Part shown: positions 63,146 to 64,000 of the stretch, piece by piece
How positions within the stretch are numbered: position 1 is the first letter of the stretch
Layout: each line of letters starts with the position of its first letter
Origin: Mobula hypostoma
Lineage: Eukaryota
DNA: 64,000 bases
Direction of reading: 5' to 3'
NCBI RefSeq assembly: GCF_963921235.1
Contig: NC_086097.1
Span: 239,446,001-239,510,000 of the forward strand
Notes under the pieces: generated by a model
Seen by the model: only the letters and a program-made list of their open reading frames with translations
What the model was told of the DNA's origin: nothing
The model's database searches: none
Made by a program: the position numbers and the translations under genes

Positions 63146-63482
63146 ATCCTTGCTTGTACCTCGTCAGTCTGGTCTTGGAGCAACCCACTGGTGGAAGGCT
63201 AGTGCAGTCTTCGAGATGTGGATTTGGCTGTTCCGTAGCCCGCTGAGGTTACTGACCGCCTCAAGTCTTGGAACCACCCCAGACCCAGCTCCCTTCCTGT
63301 CCCTTTACTCCATCGGGTAAGCCAGGCCGATTGCCCTTAGCCTGTTGTTGGTTCTGTCCCTTCCAGCCCCTTGCCTCCGTTGGGTATGCCAGGCCGTTTG
63401 CTGTTACCCTGCAGTTGGGTCCATCCCTTCCTGTCTCCATGGGATGAAGTTCTGCGTCCTGCCCAGGAATAGCTCCAGGAAC

Positions 63483-63588
63483 CCAAGCCTCGAAGATCCC
63501 AAGCCAAGCTCCAAGAAACCAAGCCTCGAAGATCCCAAGCCAAGCCCCAAGAAACCAAGCCTCGAAGATCCCAAGCCAAGCCCCAAGA
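63483..63588 (+). repeat. 36-bp tandem repeat x3 inside the LTR
   Basis: CCAAGCCTCGAAGATCCCAAGCCAAGCYCCAAGAAA units start at 63483, 63519 and 63555. Confidence 0.95.
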
Positions 63589-64000
63589 CCAAGACCGCAG
63601 CCTGCAGCCAAGCTCAAGACCCAAGGCCCCAGCCTCAAGCCTCAAGAGCAAAGACCCCAGCCTGTCTCCAAGCTCAGGCCTCTAGACCCCAGCCACGTCC
63701 TGTCCTGAAGCCATGTCATGTCCTTGCCTGGTTCTGGGGTCTGAGCCCAAGGCAAGACCCAGGTTCTGGGTCCTTGTCCAGTCTCGAGCTTGGAGTCAAA
63801 TCCTTGTCCCCTAGTCCATGGTTTTTTGTCCTGGTCCTGCTTTCCCTAGCCCAAGTCTGCGTTCTTGTCCTTGCTCCTTGTCTGTACCCTATCACGTCCC
63901 TACTCTAGTCAAGTCCAGTTCCTTGTACTTCAGTGTCTGTGTCTTACATTTGGGTCCGTTCCCAACGCCCTCATTGTGACAGAACGATCCAGCCAGACTT

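Larger units (their letters stand above)
62755..63981 (+). mobile_element. 5' LTR of a Gypsy (sushi/Tf1-like) retrotransposon; internal region probably continues beyond the window
   Basis: TGTCA...TGACA inverted ends; CATAAATA at 62901; catttgggtcc near the 3' end; followed by GAACGATCCAGCCAG rather than a repeat of the left flank GGAAG. Confidence 0.8.

Noticed and set aside
63483..63588. 36-bp repeats as a CRISPR array
   Set aside because: Contiguous tandem units with no spacers, eukaryotic context, no cas genes
62790..63908. Pro-, Gly- and Arg-rich ORFs on both strands
   Set aside because: Translations of stop-free tandem repeats inside an LTR

Overview
Eukaryotic, repeat-saturated vertebrate DNA, most likely from a cartilaginous fish (shark or ray). 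The evidence is dense CR1 LINEs, HE1/V-type SINEs, Rex1/Babar, RTE, L1 and Penelope-like elements (PLE). Roughly three quarters of the window is nested, decayed transposon sequence, and almost every long ORF in the track is a retroelement endonuclease/reverse-transcriptase fragment or its antisense shadow. No intact, recognisable host gene is present. The best non-routine signals are: (1) minimal hammerhead-ribozyme motifs in PLE-derived insertions (35942-35979 intact, 36369-36406 variant); (2) an internally deleted Academ-like DNA transposon that keeps its XPG/PIN-H3TH nuclease region (36261-38460); (3) a compact chain of minus-strand exon-like segments with a duplicated exon/intron module and a poly(A) signal (15857-20240), probably a pseudogene or lncRNA; (4) a Gypsy LTR at the right edge whose primer site fits Tf1/sushi-type self-priming; and (5) isolated candidate host exons at 14527-14723 and 25689-25793. 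I cannot demonstrate a genuinely new biological system from sequence alone. Family names come from motif recognition, not database searches, and ends lacking target-site duplications (TSDs) are approximate.
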